This document shows positions 42,861-57,335 of a DNA stretch of 64,000 bases, one piece after another. The stretch is from the NCBI RefSeq assembly GCF_006345805.1, contig NC_042997.1, positions 62,001-126,000 on the forward strand, given 5' to 3'. A program made the position numbers and the translations under genes. The stretch comes from Octopus sinensis. Taxonomy: Eukaryota. The notes under the pieces are model-generated. The model saw nothing but the letters and a program-made list of their open reading frames with translations, did no database searches and was not told the origin of the DNA. Each line of letters starts with the position of its first letter. The first letter of the stretch is position 1.

Positions 42861-42930
42861 CCGTACATTGACTCTGCGACTATTCCAGTCAATAATTACG
42901 ACATAATTGGCAATCAGGATATATATATGC

Positions 42931-42963
<33 letters not shown>

Positions 42964-42978
42964 ATATATTATATATAT

Positions 42979-43017
<39 letters not shown>

Positions 43018-43335
43018 CCTCGTTGAATTTTTGAATTTATTTTCTTTGAAATTTTTCTGTTCTTTTTTTTATAAGTTTTGCTGTGGTTTACAGTTTTTGT
43101 AATTGTGCAGTTTATACATATTGGCAGGTGCTACACCCTAAATTTTTTGTTTTTTATCGTGCATTTAATTGAGTTGTTAGAATAAAAGCCATGTTTACAT
43201 ATTCGGGAAGCCGGGGAAGAAGAAAGATAAAATTTTCACACAAAATTGCAGATACTAAAGTTTTAAAATTTACTAAAGATGATCTTTTATATGTCCGAAC
43301 AGAGAATCATTATTATTATTATTATTATTATTATT

Positions 43336-44805
43336 CAGTAGTTTCATTTTCATAGCGTGCTTCACTTCACTACCGAGCGCAGCTCTGTGTGCCTTGGGTA
43401 TATGCTGTGTTTTGTTGTGATGCTCTGATGTTTATTGTATTTAAAGTGCTTTGCGTAGGATATGGGCAGTGCCCAGTAGAGCAATTGTCGGTGTTATATG
43501 TGTTTGTAAGTCCTAGTATTTTTGTTATGTATTTGTCTGAATATTTTTTTATCATGCTTAATGCACCTACTATGATAGGAATTGTTTCTGTTTTTAGATT
43601 CCACATTCGAATTACCTCTATTTCCAGGTCTTTGTATTTTGAAAGTTTCTCCATTTCTTTTAGTGACACGTTATCATCTGCTGGTATTGATACATCAATT
43701 AGAAAGCATTTTTTCTTCATAATCTCTGACAACTATATCTGGTCTGTTGGCCTTAATTTCTGTATCTGTGTGTATTGGCATATCCCAGAGTATGGTTGCT
43801 TTCTCGTTTTCTGTGACCTTTTCTGGTGTGTGCCTATACCATCTTCTTTCTATTGTTATCCCATAATGTTGACATAGCTTCCAGTGTATGTAGGTCCCAA
43901 CTCTGTCGTGTCTGTGAGTATATTTTTGTTTTTTATCGTGCATTTAATTGAGTTGTTACAATAAAAGCCATGTTTACATATACGGGTAGCTGGGGAAAAA
44001 GAAAGATAAAGTTTTCACATAAAATTGCAGATACTAAAGTTTTAAAATTTACTAAAGATGATCTTTTATATGTCCGAACAGAGAATCATTATTATTATTA
44101 TTATTATATTATTATTATTATTCAGTAGTTTCATTTTCATAGCGTGCTTCACTTCACTACCGAGCGCAGCTCTGTGTGCCTTGGGTATATGCTGTGTTTT
44201 GTTGTGATGCTCTGATGTTTATTGTATTTAAAGTGCTTTGCGTAGGATATGGGCAGTGCCCAGTAGAGCAATTGTCGGTGTTATATGTGTTTGTAAGTCC
44301 TAGTATTTTTGTTATGTATTTGTCTGAATATTTTTTTATCATGCTTAATGCACCTACTATGATAGGAATTGTTTCTGTTTTTAGATTCCACATTCGAATT
44401 ACCTCTATTTCCAGGTCTTTGTATTTTGAAAGTTTCTCCATTTCTTTTAGTGACACGTTATCATCTGCTGGTATTGATACATCAATTAGAAAGCATTTTT
44501 TCTTCATAATCTCTGACAACTATATCTGGTCTGTTGGCCTTAATTTCTGTATCTGTGTGTATTGGCATATCCAGAGTATGGTTGCTTTCTCGTTTTCTGT
44601 GACCTTTTCTGGTGTGTGCCTATACCATCTTCTTTCTATTGTTATCCCATAATGTTGACATAGCTTCCAGTGTATGTAGGTCCCAACTCTGTCGTGTCTG
44701 TGAGTATATTTTTGTTTTTTATCGTGCATTTAATTGAGTTGTTACAATAAAAGCCATGTTTACATATACGGGTAGCTGGGGAAAAAGAAAGATAAAGTTT
44801 TCACA

Positions 44806-44806
<1 letters not shown>
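43336..44806 (-). repeat. Near-identical tandem duplication (period about 787 bp) of a family E R4 3' fragment fused to an unassigned segment
   Basis: ORFs 43370-43732 and 44157-44519 are identical. Anchors are offset by 787 then 786 bp (1-nt indel). Confidence 0.92.
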
Positions 44807-44865
<59 letters not shown>

Positions 44866-44922
44866 CATTATTGCTGTTATTGTTGTTGTTGCTGTTGTTG
44901 TTATTGTTGCTGTTATTATCAT

Positions 44923-45294
44923 TGCCTTTGCACAGCTTCTAATGCTGGAGATGTACTATAGTGTCAACTACCAGTTAACTAAGATAACACCACTTATTTT
45001 TCGAGCACTTCCGGAGTATTCGTGCGGTTCCAAGCGGTGCCATTTTCTGCAAGTGCTCCACCCTTATTGCAGCCCATATTTGTTCCACATACTTCTCAAA
45101 CTTTTTACTCACTGTTCCCAGGGCTTCGACAATTATCGGTACTTCTGCTACCTTTTTCATCGACCACAACTGCTTAACTTTCCAAGCTAACCAGTCATAT
45201 CTCTCAACTTTTCTTTCTTCCTTATCGCATACCTTATTGTCAGCTGGGCATGCTATACTTATGATCCAGCATAGTTTGTTTGGCTTCCTATTCT
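44923..45294 (-). mobile_element. Dong/R4 LINE 3' end (family F)
   Basis: 3' UTR GCCTTTGCACAGCTTCT shared with 41665; MWSMKKVAEVPIIVEALG. Confidence 0.85.
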
Positions 45295-45395
45295 ATTTTG
45301 CTGTGGTCTACAGTTTTTGTAATTGTGCAGTTTGTATATATTAGCAGGTGCTTACCTCCTTCATTTTTGTTGTTTTTATCGCGCATTTAATTGTG

Positions 45396-46365
45396 TTCTT
45401 TCAATTCTGTTTCCATTTCTTGCCGAGTGTCTTCCTGGTACCTAGGGCAGAGAAGCGTACTATATATATCGGTACGCCATTGAAATAAACACACCAAGTT
45501 GTTCATTTACAATGTTATGTAACAGAGGAAAACGGAAACACAGAAAGAAAAAGGAAAAAATAATGAAGTAAACAAATAAAATAAAGGCGGAGAAAAGGAA
45601 AGAAAATTCACAGCGTGTGACGCACCAGTTAAGACAATCTTTTGCACTTCCCGAATGGTTGTTAAGCCAGGGTTCACTCTTAAATAATTTTAAGTTACTT
45701 TTTTTATCGTTCCAAGTTCTCCTACAATCAATGGTATTGTAACCGTCTTGAGATGCCAACTCTTTTCGATTTCGATGAGCAAACCTTTGTTTTCTGAGCT
45801 TATCAAATTCTTTTCCCGAGATATTATGGTCACAGGGTATGCTCATGTCAATCAATAAACAAACTTTATTGTTTTGGTCTTTCACAACAATATCTGGTTT
45901 ATTTGCTTTGATGGTCCGGCCTGTACATTCAGGGAAGTCCCAAATAATCATTACATTTTCTCAGCTACAGGATCAGATTGGTGCTTGTACCATTTGTCAG
46001 CAGTTTTGATTTTATAATGCCGACACATCATCCAATGTAGATATTAGCCAACTCTGCCATGTCATGATTTGTAGTCGACAGATTCTAAAACCTAACATCC
46101 AGATGTTAGGTGGGCCAGTGTTTCTATCCCATCATTGAAGTATCGGCACTTTGGGTCTACACCATTTTTCATCACATTGGCTTGATTGTTCCGGGTCAAT
46201 AATCTCTGATCTTGAGCAGCCAAGATAAAGCTTTCACTCTCTGCCTTTAGCCCTGAGCTCCGTAGCCACTGATGGGTGTGCTTCCGGTCTACATCAGCTT
46301 GTTTGCTACGGGCTACATATTTGCCATGCAGAGGTTTCTGTTTCTACCAATCAACCAAGTGTTCA
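45396..46365 (-). mobile_element. Dong/R4 LINE fragment (family A): CCHC and RLE
   Basis: KPLHGKY, DPKCRYFNDGIETLAHL.SGC and IKANKPDIVVKD...CLLIDM. Confidence 0.88.
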
Positions 46366-46389
46366 AATAAAATAAAATAACCGTCATTA

Positions 46390-46409
46390 TAATAATAATA
46401 ATAATAATA

Positions 46410-46440
<31 letters not shown>

Positions 46441-46473
46441 TTATTATTATTATTACTATTACTATTATTATTA

Positions 46474-46490
<17 letters not shown>
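46390..46490. repeat. (AAT)n/(ATT)n junction forming an AT-rich palindrome
   Basis: (AAT)n 46390-46440 directly abuts (TTA)n from 46441. Confidence 0.9.
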
Positions 46491-46524
<34 letters not shown>

Positions 46525-46602
46525 GTAGTAGTAGTAGTAGTAGTAGTATTGTTGTTGTCGTTGGTGGTGGTGGTAGTGGTGTTATTGTTGTTTTGTTGTT
46601 GC

Positions 46603-46653
<51 letters not shown>

Positions 46654-47284
46654 AAAGGTTGTGATAAAGTAGAAAACAAAATGAATAACAATTTTATTTT
46701 GTGAAACATCTTATGATTATGAAGAAGAAATCTGGTTATAGACAATTTAGCGAGATGGAAAATGTGAAGAACAGATTCTGAATGTTATGATAACTCTAGT
46801 TATTATGGCTGACTGAAGACAGGCTGCAGTCTGGGATTTAGAGAAAGTATATATTTCTGTGAAATATTTGTAACTAAATTTAAGGAGCAACTACAGATTA
46901 GACGCCATACTTATCTCTTAATCCATTGACAAATATGATGGTGCGTCGACATCGCTTAACTCTTAAGACACCATAACAAAGTACAGCTACAGTCAAAGAC
47001 GTTCTAGCTCTATCCATTCTGTTTCCTCGTATATGTTTCTGTGAAATTGTTGCACCTAGTACACTGTACTTATACTAACACACACATTCATACATATACA
47101 CACATTTATGCCAATTGGTATTATTATAATCATCGCCTTCATTACATTGTTCCCCACTTAACACATATTTTTTGTGTTTACAACATAGATGGACTGACTC
47201 TCCACTAGTCTTGTCTGATAAGACAAGAGTCGTTACATCTGGCCATGATATGAAAAGACAATAACTACAAGTACATATATATAC

Positions 47285-47335
<51 letters not shown>

Positions 47336-47464
47336 TGTTATTTTCTATTTTGAATTATTTGAATACTACCTATAAGAAAAGTGCTGGACTCTAACAAAGA
47401 TGCAAATCTCCGTCATTGGAGTGTAGATAACTTAAACAATGTTACATGACATTGTTGCTAGATG

Positions 47465-48260
47465 TTATTCAAACGCTGTATTCTTGGATCTTAAGCGTCT
47501 ATCCTCTTTGTCTCTCCTTAGGTATAGCCTGTCTGTATCACTGTTCCTATGGAAGTTTCCTGTCGATATCAGGATATTGCGGGTTTTAATATCTATGGCA
47601 TAGATCTCCTCCATAGACCAATCAAGTATCCCAAATGTTGGATTGCAGCAAATGAATTGCGGGATATTGATTTGTATGGGTGAGCTCCGATTGCCATATC
47701 TATGTCTGGTGTAATATTCTTGAGTCAGTATGTCTTTGTTCACAGTATCTTCGTATGGTCCATTGCCTTCAATGTCTCGGTATTTGTAGAATAAGGCGGC
47801 GAACTGGCTGAAACGTTAGCCCGCCGGGCGAAATGCTTAGCTGTATTTCGTCTGCAGTTACATTGTGAGCTCAAATTCCGCCGAGGTCGACTTTGCCTTT
47901 CATCCTTTCGGGGTCGATAAATTAAGTACCAGTTTCGCACTGCGGTCGATGTAATCGACTTTAATACCTATGTCTGTCCTTGTTTGTCCCCTCTATGTTT
48001 GGCCCCTTGTGGGTGATAAAGAAATAGGTATTTGTAGAATTCTTTTGAGTGGAGCAGGAGAGATGGGTTTGGATGACTGACTTTCCAAATTCAGTAATTA
48101 AATACGAACAACTGATTTCACAAAATTCAAACCGTTTTTGCCATCGTTAACAGTCTTTTCATTGATCTTCAGATCATCCACAAAGAAATTATGGGTCACA
48201 TTGGCATTTCTAGTAGTAGCAGACTCTAACAGGAGTTTGGATTTCAGTGGAAGAAATGGT
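47465..48260 (-). mobile_element. Old Dong/R4 RT fragment interrupted by a SINE
   Basis: THNFFVDDLK (48170-48200) and the thumb region TFGILDWSMEEIYAIDIKTRNIL...DRLYLRR. Confidence 0.7.
47793..48026 (+). mobile_element. tRNA-derived SINE (family 2) with 14-bp TSD
   Basis: Collinear with 14569-14800. TSD GGTATTTGTAGAAT at 47779-47792 and 48027-48040. Confidence 0.95.
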
Positions 48261-50356
48261 AATGGACTGAATGCCAAAATAAACAAATGTACAGAAAAAA
48301 AAAAACTTATTCTCTCGGAATATTTCATTTGCAATATTGATGACATCGGAGACGATCGTTCCGATCTCATTTGCAAGTTTTAGGATTGTTGCCAATGTCT
48401 TCGCTAGCTTCCCAATGACAGCAACTAAAATAGCAGGCACAGTTGCCAAGCACAGAAACTTTCACAATCATGAAGGAAGGATTAAGTTTAAAGCTTGCGC
48501 AAGGTGCCACGCATACACACACACACACACACACACACTTGCACACGCTCGCGCGGGCGCACACACTCGCACAAACGCGCATATTGTGTTACCTGTCATA
48601 TGGTTCAGCAAGTTAGCACCCTCATTCTGCGCCTTATGCTGACCCTCTTTGTATCTCTCTTTTCTCTCTCTTAGTAATGTAAAACCTGATTTGAGAAGTC
48701 ATCCAACATAACAACCAGCATTTATATGGGTTATTACTCTAGAAATATTAATGTAGCACCGCAATGTTAGAATAACTCACTAAAAATAGTATCCTAAAGC
48801 ATTTGTTTCATTTTAATACGAGTGATGTATATTAATTTACGAGCTGCCCAATCTTGTTACAACAAACGACAATATTTACTGTGATGGTGTAGTCAGAAAT
48901 GTTCTTCTCAACCACAATGACAACGCGTAATGTAATATATTAAGACGTAGAATTGTACATAGAATCACACACATGTAATATAGAAGTAAATATATTCTGA
49001 ATATATGAATATGAAACACGCTTCTTACTGTGTCTAACCGTTACACCCTAAAGAATGAATCACGTAATGTGTTTAGATTAAAATTTTTGCCGATAATATA
49101 TCTAAAGAAAGGTGACATTAGAAACTGACTGCCACAACGAAGTCAAAAATACATATTATAATGCTGATTATATACTGCAGCATCCTGTGTGCAAATAACA
49201 ATCTGTTGCTGAAGAAATGGCAAATCGCAAATATAGTTGAGAGTGACATGTGTTAATAATGTACATTAGATTGCTTTCCAGCCAATTCCAATAATCGGCA
49301 ATTATTTAACTAGCAATGCATTATTTCCTAAGGCTTGTGAAAATGTTTTCACAATACTACTCGAAACATTTTCTACATATATATTATGTATGTTTTTCAT
49401 ACCAGGGGCGAAAGAAACAACGACTTTAGTTCTAATTGCTCTAGCCTTCAGGCTTAACACTACTAACAGATGTGGTCCCTCATATCTGTCTAGTCTGCTG
49501 TAGAGGTTTTTATACCTCTGATAGCAGTAATTTTAAAATGCTAAACGTTCAGAAATGTTTCCTGGAGTTAGATGTGGTAAAAGAAAATGTTAATTTCCAA
49601 AGCAACGTCAACAATAAGATGAGGTTTGCAACCTCAATTGTATATTACATTCCTAATCACCATAACTAATGCTGTGAAAATTAAACAACAAAAGCAGTGA
49701 AACTTTTAAAATCAAAGCAGGAAACTCAATACCAAGATAAAATATCTCGCAGATATTCTGATCAAGTGAAGCACCTCAGCAGAAAAAAAAAATGTACGCG
49801 CATGCTACAGATGCAGCTGTCGTGAGGAAAAACGAATGTTAGCAAATCTACAAATAACTACAGAAAAATGTCACTGAAGATATTGAATCGTATTATGCGT
49901 CACAAAGAGAGATGTACGCATTAAATAACAAAGATACGAACAAAGAAAACATGTTCAATGAAATACTACTCCATTACATTTAGGATTTAAGTAATATTAA
50001 ACAAAACATTTTGGAAAAACAAAAGTGCAAGCAGTAAGTCAAATAATAAATACATAATATTCACTCAAAAGAAAGTGAAATCAAACATAATAATACTATA
50101 CCACACAATAAAGTCGCACCAACAAGCGCAAACAGAATAAGATACAGTGCATACTAAAACGTATAGTATATATATTAAGCCAATAGCTAAATGTAAAAAG
50201 TACTTCCAGAAATTGGTGTTCATTAAAACTATACAAAGCAAATCAATCATGTGCGACATAAAACAAGTTAATATCTGCAATGAACTCGATATCCGGAAGT
50301 AAAACATCTATGCATACATACATACATACATACATCATACATACATACATACATAC

Positions 50357-50464
<108 letters not shown>

Positions 50465-50731
50465 AGTAGTGAATGAATTATCTTATTAACCGATACCTGG
50501 GTAGCAAATTCACATCAGAAAAAACACGGTTGAAGTTACGTGCCTAGGGCATGGATTACGTGTGGAAATTTGTATGTTTATTTTAAAAATATATAAATAT
50601 ATGAAAGAATGGAGCTGAACGACGAATTAACAAAATTCCTTTATTTTCGACATATGTTTCGAAGGCTGCATATTCCTAATTGCAAAGGAATAAGGAGTAC
50701 ATTATGCCGCTTTCTCACGCATATATATATA

Positions 50732-50770
<39 letters not shown>

Positions 50771-51629
50771 GGTTCAATTGTTTGATCAACTGGCTAGCTT
50801 GCATCTGCATTACTGTGTAGATAGTTGAGTACTCTGCAATCACGTATACCCCTAACATAATTCTGAGGCAGTCTCCACCGCCTTCGGGCTATTTCTAGGC
50901 GCTCCGCCGACGACACCCTACAGCCGGCGCGGTGTCTTCGACCATGGCATGGAATTCAATCTAACAGTTGTTCGCTTGAAATTATCAAATATTTTAGTAA
51001 AACAATATATTACCTTATGTCTTGCATTGAATGTTGGATCGTACTCAGAAAAACTAATACAGACATTAAACAGCCTTTATTTTTTTACCATTCTTAAATG
51101 CTTTTTCACAGACATAGCTTCATTAAAATTTCATAAGACCTATGTGTTATGAACTCAGCATAGAAATAATAAATAATGAGAAGCAATCTGATATATCTAC
51201 TATCATCTACCCACTTCCGCTAGTTCCGTTCGCATCTGTCTTCCAATAATTCAAAACATACTTTTAAGCTCTGGCGAGAAAGTTTCGTGAGGTCACTTTT
51301 CCATAAATTGGTTGATTAAGTAATCAATTAATTGACCAATTAAGCATGTAAACAATAGTGTGTAATAGATTCAGCTTATTGAATCATCAGAAACATATGT
51401 GAATGAATAAAGTATCATATGTATGCACTTCGTCCTTTATTTCATGACTGTTATACTCTGTGATTAATATTCCAATTAATTAATTAGTGGGTATCGTCGG
51501 ATTTACTGACTGCGCCTGTCACATGGTATAATCTGCACGAATAACTATACTGTTTACAGGACATAATGTTAGCCGGAGTTATTACACGAAGTGCTTACCG
51601 AACTGGTTATTTAATCCCTATTTTCCTTT

Positions 51630-51706
<77 letters not shown>

Positions 51707-51728
51707 TCAAAATAAGCAACAAGGATAT

Positions 51729-51817
51729 ATGCAGCTGAAGATTGCTCTACATTTTATATTGATGTAATGTTTGCATTGTTTGATTAAAAGGAGTCGCATG
51801 AAACGATCGTACTGCAT
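51729..51817 (+). ncRNA. Type I hammerhead ribozyme candidate with complete conserved core
   Basis: AUGCAG-CUGAAGA-UUGC...GCAU-GAAAC-GAUC-GUA/CUGCAU: 6-bp stem I, core at 51735-51741 and 51800-51803, palindromic stem III ACGAUCGU, predicted cleavage after 51811. Confidence 0.7.
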
Positions 51818-51924
51818 TGCCTCTGGATATCCTTGTTGCTTATTTTGATTATAATCTTATTTTGAATTATATGGATAACAGCGTACTAAATTCTGGCGCC
51901 TTCAACTTAAGTACCATATTCATC

Positions 51925-52017
<93 letters not shown>

Positions 52018-52021
52018 GTAT

Positions 52022-52185
52022 TATATTAAATTAGAGACAAAACCACTATTAGGCAAATCAAATTAATTATATTTTTTTAATAATTTTGTTATATATTTAA
52101 ATAATATAAATTAAATAATATGTATTGGCTTAAGTTCTTCATTGTTTGATTTGCCTAATAGTGGTTTTGTCTCTAATTTAATATA
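52022..52185. repeat. Perfect 41-bp inverted repeat with AT-rich spacer, between (TA)n tracts
   Basis: 52022-52062 (TATATTAAATTAGAGACAAAACCACTATTAGGCAAATCAAA) is the exact reverse complement of 52145-52185. Confidence 0.93.
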
Positions 52186-52267
52186 ATATAATATTTTACT
52201 ATAAAATTGGATTCAATCCTAAATCTGATTTTTCCCTGTAAGTTTGGATTTATTCCCTAATATTTAT

Positions 52268-53940
<1,673 letters not shown>

Positions 53941-54022
53941 TGCATTGTATATGAATGTATGTATATATAGATTCATTCACTCATATACATACGTATACAT
54001 ATATGTATAAACATATATATAC

Positions 54023-54063
<41 letters not shown>

Positions 54064-54618
54064 GCACACACACATACATAGATGTATCTATACACGCGCA
54101 TATAAATATATATAATCAAAATTAAATAAAGACAAAGCCATAAAGTATTTCAAAGAGAGGAATTTCATGAAATGTTTTATCATTTGCTTAACCTAAGTTC
54201 AGAAATTTAGAGTTATGGAAACTAAAGCTACAAGTTTTGAGGCAAAGGTCTCCATCATTAAAGTATCAAATTGAAAGAAATATATATTTGATGTACGGTG
54301 AAACACTTCTGACTGTAATCGAAACGAAATCATATAAAGGAACCTTAATATTGCAGAACAAATAATCAGTAACAAATTCGCAAGCAATTTGGAGAAAGTG
54401 AATACACATAAATTTGTAAGATCGAAGAAAAATGAAATGAAACTTAAGGATTGCGCCCAGGAGATGGCTTTGATTTAGATAAACATATACAGTTACACTA
54501 GGCAAAACTAACGATTTCTTCTCGCTAATATTTGCAAGGCACGTCATCACAACTGTACTGATTGAAATAAAACTCAATCGCAACCGTATGTGAATTCTTA
54601 TGGTATATACAATATATA

Positions 54619-55125
54619 CCGTAAATCCCGAGTATAATCCGCATTTAGAGGTCGAAATCCCTCGTGCGTAATATATACGAGGTTAAAAATAAAAAAAAAT
54701 ATTTTATAAGCGATATCCGAGGTTCTATTTGCTGTTCGCCAATGTTTATTCAGACGCATTTTGTGACGTCGGGTGCGAAAATACCATAAGCTAAGCCTGA
54801 AAGCAATGAAGTCATAAAAAAATCATCCATAACTTGCAGTAAGCAACATTTATTAAAATAAAAGTATTCAGAACACAGAATAACATGTAACAAACACAAT
54901 TTGCAAACATATTTACATTCCCCTATAACAGTTGAGAACATCATTATTGTATTACGCATGCACGGGAGTGTTTGTTCGACTAGGTGCTGCTGGATTAATT
55001 ACGCACGACTCAAGTTAGAGAAGGAGTGCGTATTATACACAAGGTTTAGGTTTTTCAGAGGTACAGCCCCCTAAAAATCCCCTGCGTATTATACTCAAGG
55101 GCGGACTATACACGAAGATTTACGG
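54619..55125. mobile_element. Tc1/mariner-superfamily MITE (Tc2/pogo-like TIRs), 507 bp
   Basis: TA|CCGTAAATCCCGAGTATAATCCGC ... GCGGACTATACACGAAGATTTACGG|TA, with subterminal GCGTA(A/T)TATA repeats. Confidence 0.85.
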
Positions 55126-56872
55126 TAATAAAGTATCGTGTAGCCAGATTCTCAACCATGTTTTTTCAGATAAAGTAGATGCAGTGGTATATCGGCTTTA
55201 TCTTGATAGAAACATAATTGTTAGGTGTCGGGTTAAAATCTAAGCGAGATACTATCTCAAGAATAAGAAATGTTAAAGATAAAAATAATAAAGACAAGAA
55301 GATTCTAGAAGAGTTTGAGAAGTTCGATAAAAGTAAACAGTTTTAATATGTCCGTAGAGATTCAGAGAGATCAGACAGAATTCTGTAACACAGAAATCAT
55401 CAGTAACATTGAAACAGAAATAAAACAACGTCGCACAAAGACATATAAAAATAATACCTGGTTAAAGAAACTTCACCATAGGAAGTATCCCCAAAGAATA
55501 ACTGAATAATATTGTGGCATAAATACTATATAGTCACTGCTGTCAGCTCAAGTCTAAACAGTCAGCAGTTTGATAGCTGTAAAACAATGGTAGTAACTCA
55601 GTACTAAATATCGACTTATTTCCTGCATTACTAGTTTTAGATTTATACTTTTTAGTATATTTTCTGTATATTTTAAGTAGTATTTTGTGGGAGGTTAGAA
55701 TGCTGTTTTGTAGTCGATACATACGTCCATTTTGAGATTCTAGACATACCATTTGCTATTATTCAGAAATAGTAAATAAGTAAAACTTACATCTTTCAAG
55801 GAAGATGACAGTGCTGAATTGATCCTTAACATTGATATGCACGTGCATAGCAAAGTACAAAACTCTCTGAAAACATGTACAACACATCAATAAATACGAC
55901 GCATATATACTGCATCCAAATACATGTTCAAAATAGCAGAAAAATACTGAAAATGGAAGATTGGGCATGCGCGGGCCACCCGTCCGATATGACACTAAGC
56001 ACAAATTTCTGCAACCGATAATACTCTATGTTCAATCACGCACAAAATCACACGCTTACACATGCGCGCGCACATACACATACACACAAACAGACAGACA
56101 GATAGACGTATAGACAGACAGACATACACACAATTCTGTCATCTCAAAATACTACTACCGACCCTAAAAACATCATCTCTGCTATCATTCTAGATAAACG
56201 CGCATACCCACAACTGTAGTAGCACAGCTATAATCAATTTTAAAGACTATGTTCATGACTAGAGATTCAAATAGAAGGAACAGTAACTGATATTTTCCAG
56301 CCAATTTAATCCCTTCCCGCCTATGTTTTTCACAATACCAAAAGTTACAGAAACAATCTGAAAAATATTATGTGGTCGCTCGAACTTACAGAATAAGCCA
56401 CTATATTTTCGGTTCAACTATATATCTCCATCTTAATATTGTCTTAGGGGATGTATTGTAAAATGTAGTGCCGGCTATAATTCAGAGAGAAAAAAAAATG
56501 GAGCGGTAATAGCTGGATGGACTTTTTATCATCTACCGGCTTTATCAGTTCTGAGTTGGCGCTAAAGAACAGCATAGACACAGGAAACATTCTACAAAAA
56601 CGCGAACTCTCATTCACTATTGAATACTAAAGTACGTAGTGGAATCCTCAACATGTCAAGACTAGACGTATATAAAGCACTGAATCTGTGGATAAAAATC
56701 AATTGTTCGAGTAAGTCCCTTATATTATAAGTCAACTTGATCATGGCTGACAGGAGCAACATGAAAACACCATCAAGAGTCTCTAAAAGATATACATGTA
56801 AGCATTTTGCTGAAACAATCAAAAAGGACTTACAGCGCGTCTTCTATATTGTTGTGTCAAATAGTTACACAG

Positions 56873-57335
56873 ACATCATCATCATTATTGTTCGACCGTG
56901 GTCGAGACAATGGAATTTACCATGCTACGCCAGACTTCACGGTCCATCATAGCATTACGGAGGTCCTGTTGCTGGATGCCTGTATCCCTGGAGATACAGG
57001 GTAGGAGACTGTGTGCGCCCTCTGGTATCGCGAGTAGATGGCTTCCAGAGGAGAAAAGTAGAAATTGCCTCGTTTTCAGCTCTACAACAATGTCCAACAA
57101 ACTGGACTCTCCTACCTTTCACAAGAGATGACACAGGTGGTAGTTTCCCATATATTTGCATTTTGGTTGGATGACGCTTCCGCGAGAGATTTTGAGCTCT
57201 CATAAGGAGGCGAGTGTAGGTTCCATCGAACCGCCTCTCAAGCTTCTTTGATAACGTCCAGGTTTCTGAGCCATATAATAGAATTGGTTCGACTGTGGCT
57301 TTGAAGATTTTAAGTTTGAAGATTTTAAGATTTCT
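56873..57335 (-). mobile_element. RTE-clade LINE 3' fragment with (ATG)n tail
   Basis: ATVEPILLYGSETWTLSKK, RRVQFVGHC and AMMDREVWRSMV; tail ATGATGATG. Confidence 0.88.

Noticed and set aside
46815-46850. CTGAAGA...GAAA hammerhead-like string
   Set aside because: GAAA does not follow the stem directly and there is no stem I or III; the similar string at about 48158-48175 lies in R4 coding sequence with no stem II.
55250-55500. Possible old plus-strand R4 N-terminal fragment (RFEK..KQF-like)
   Set aside because: Too decayed to support by eye.
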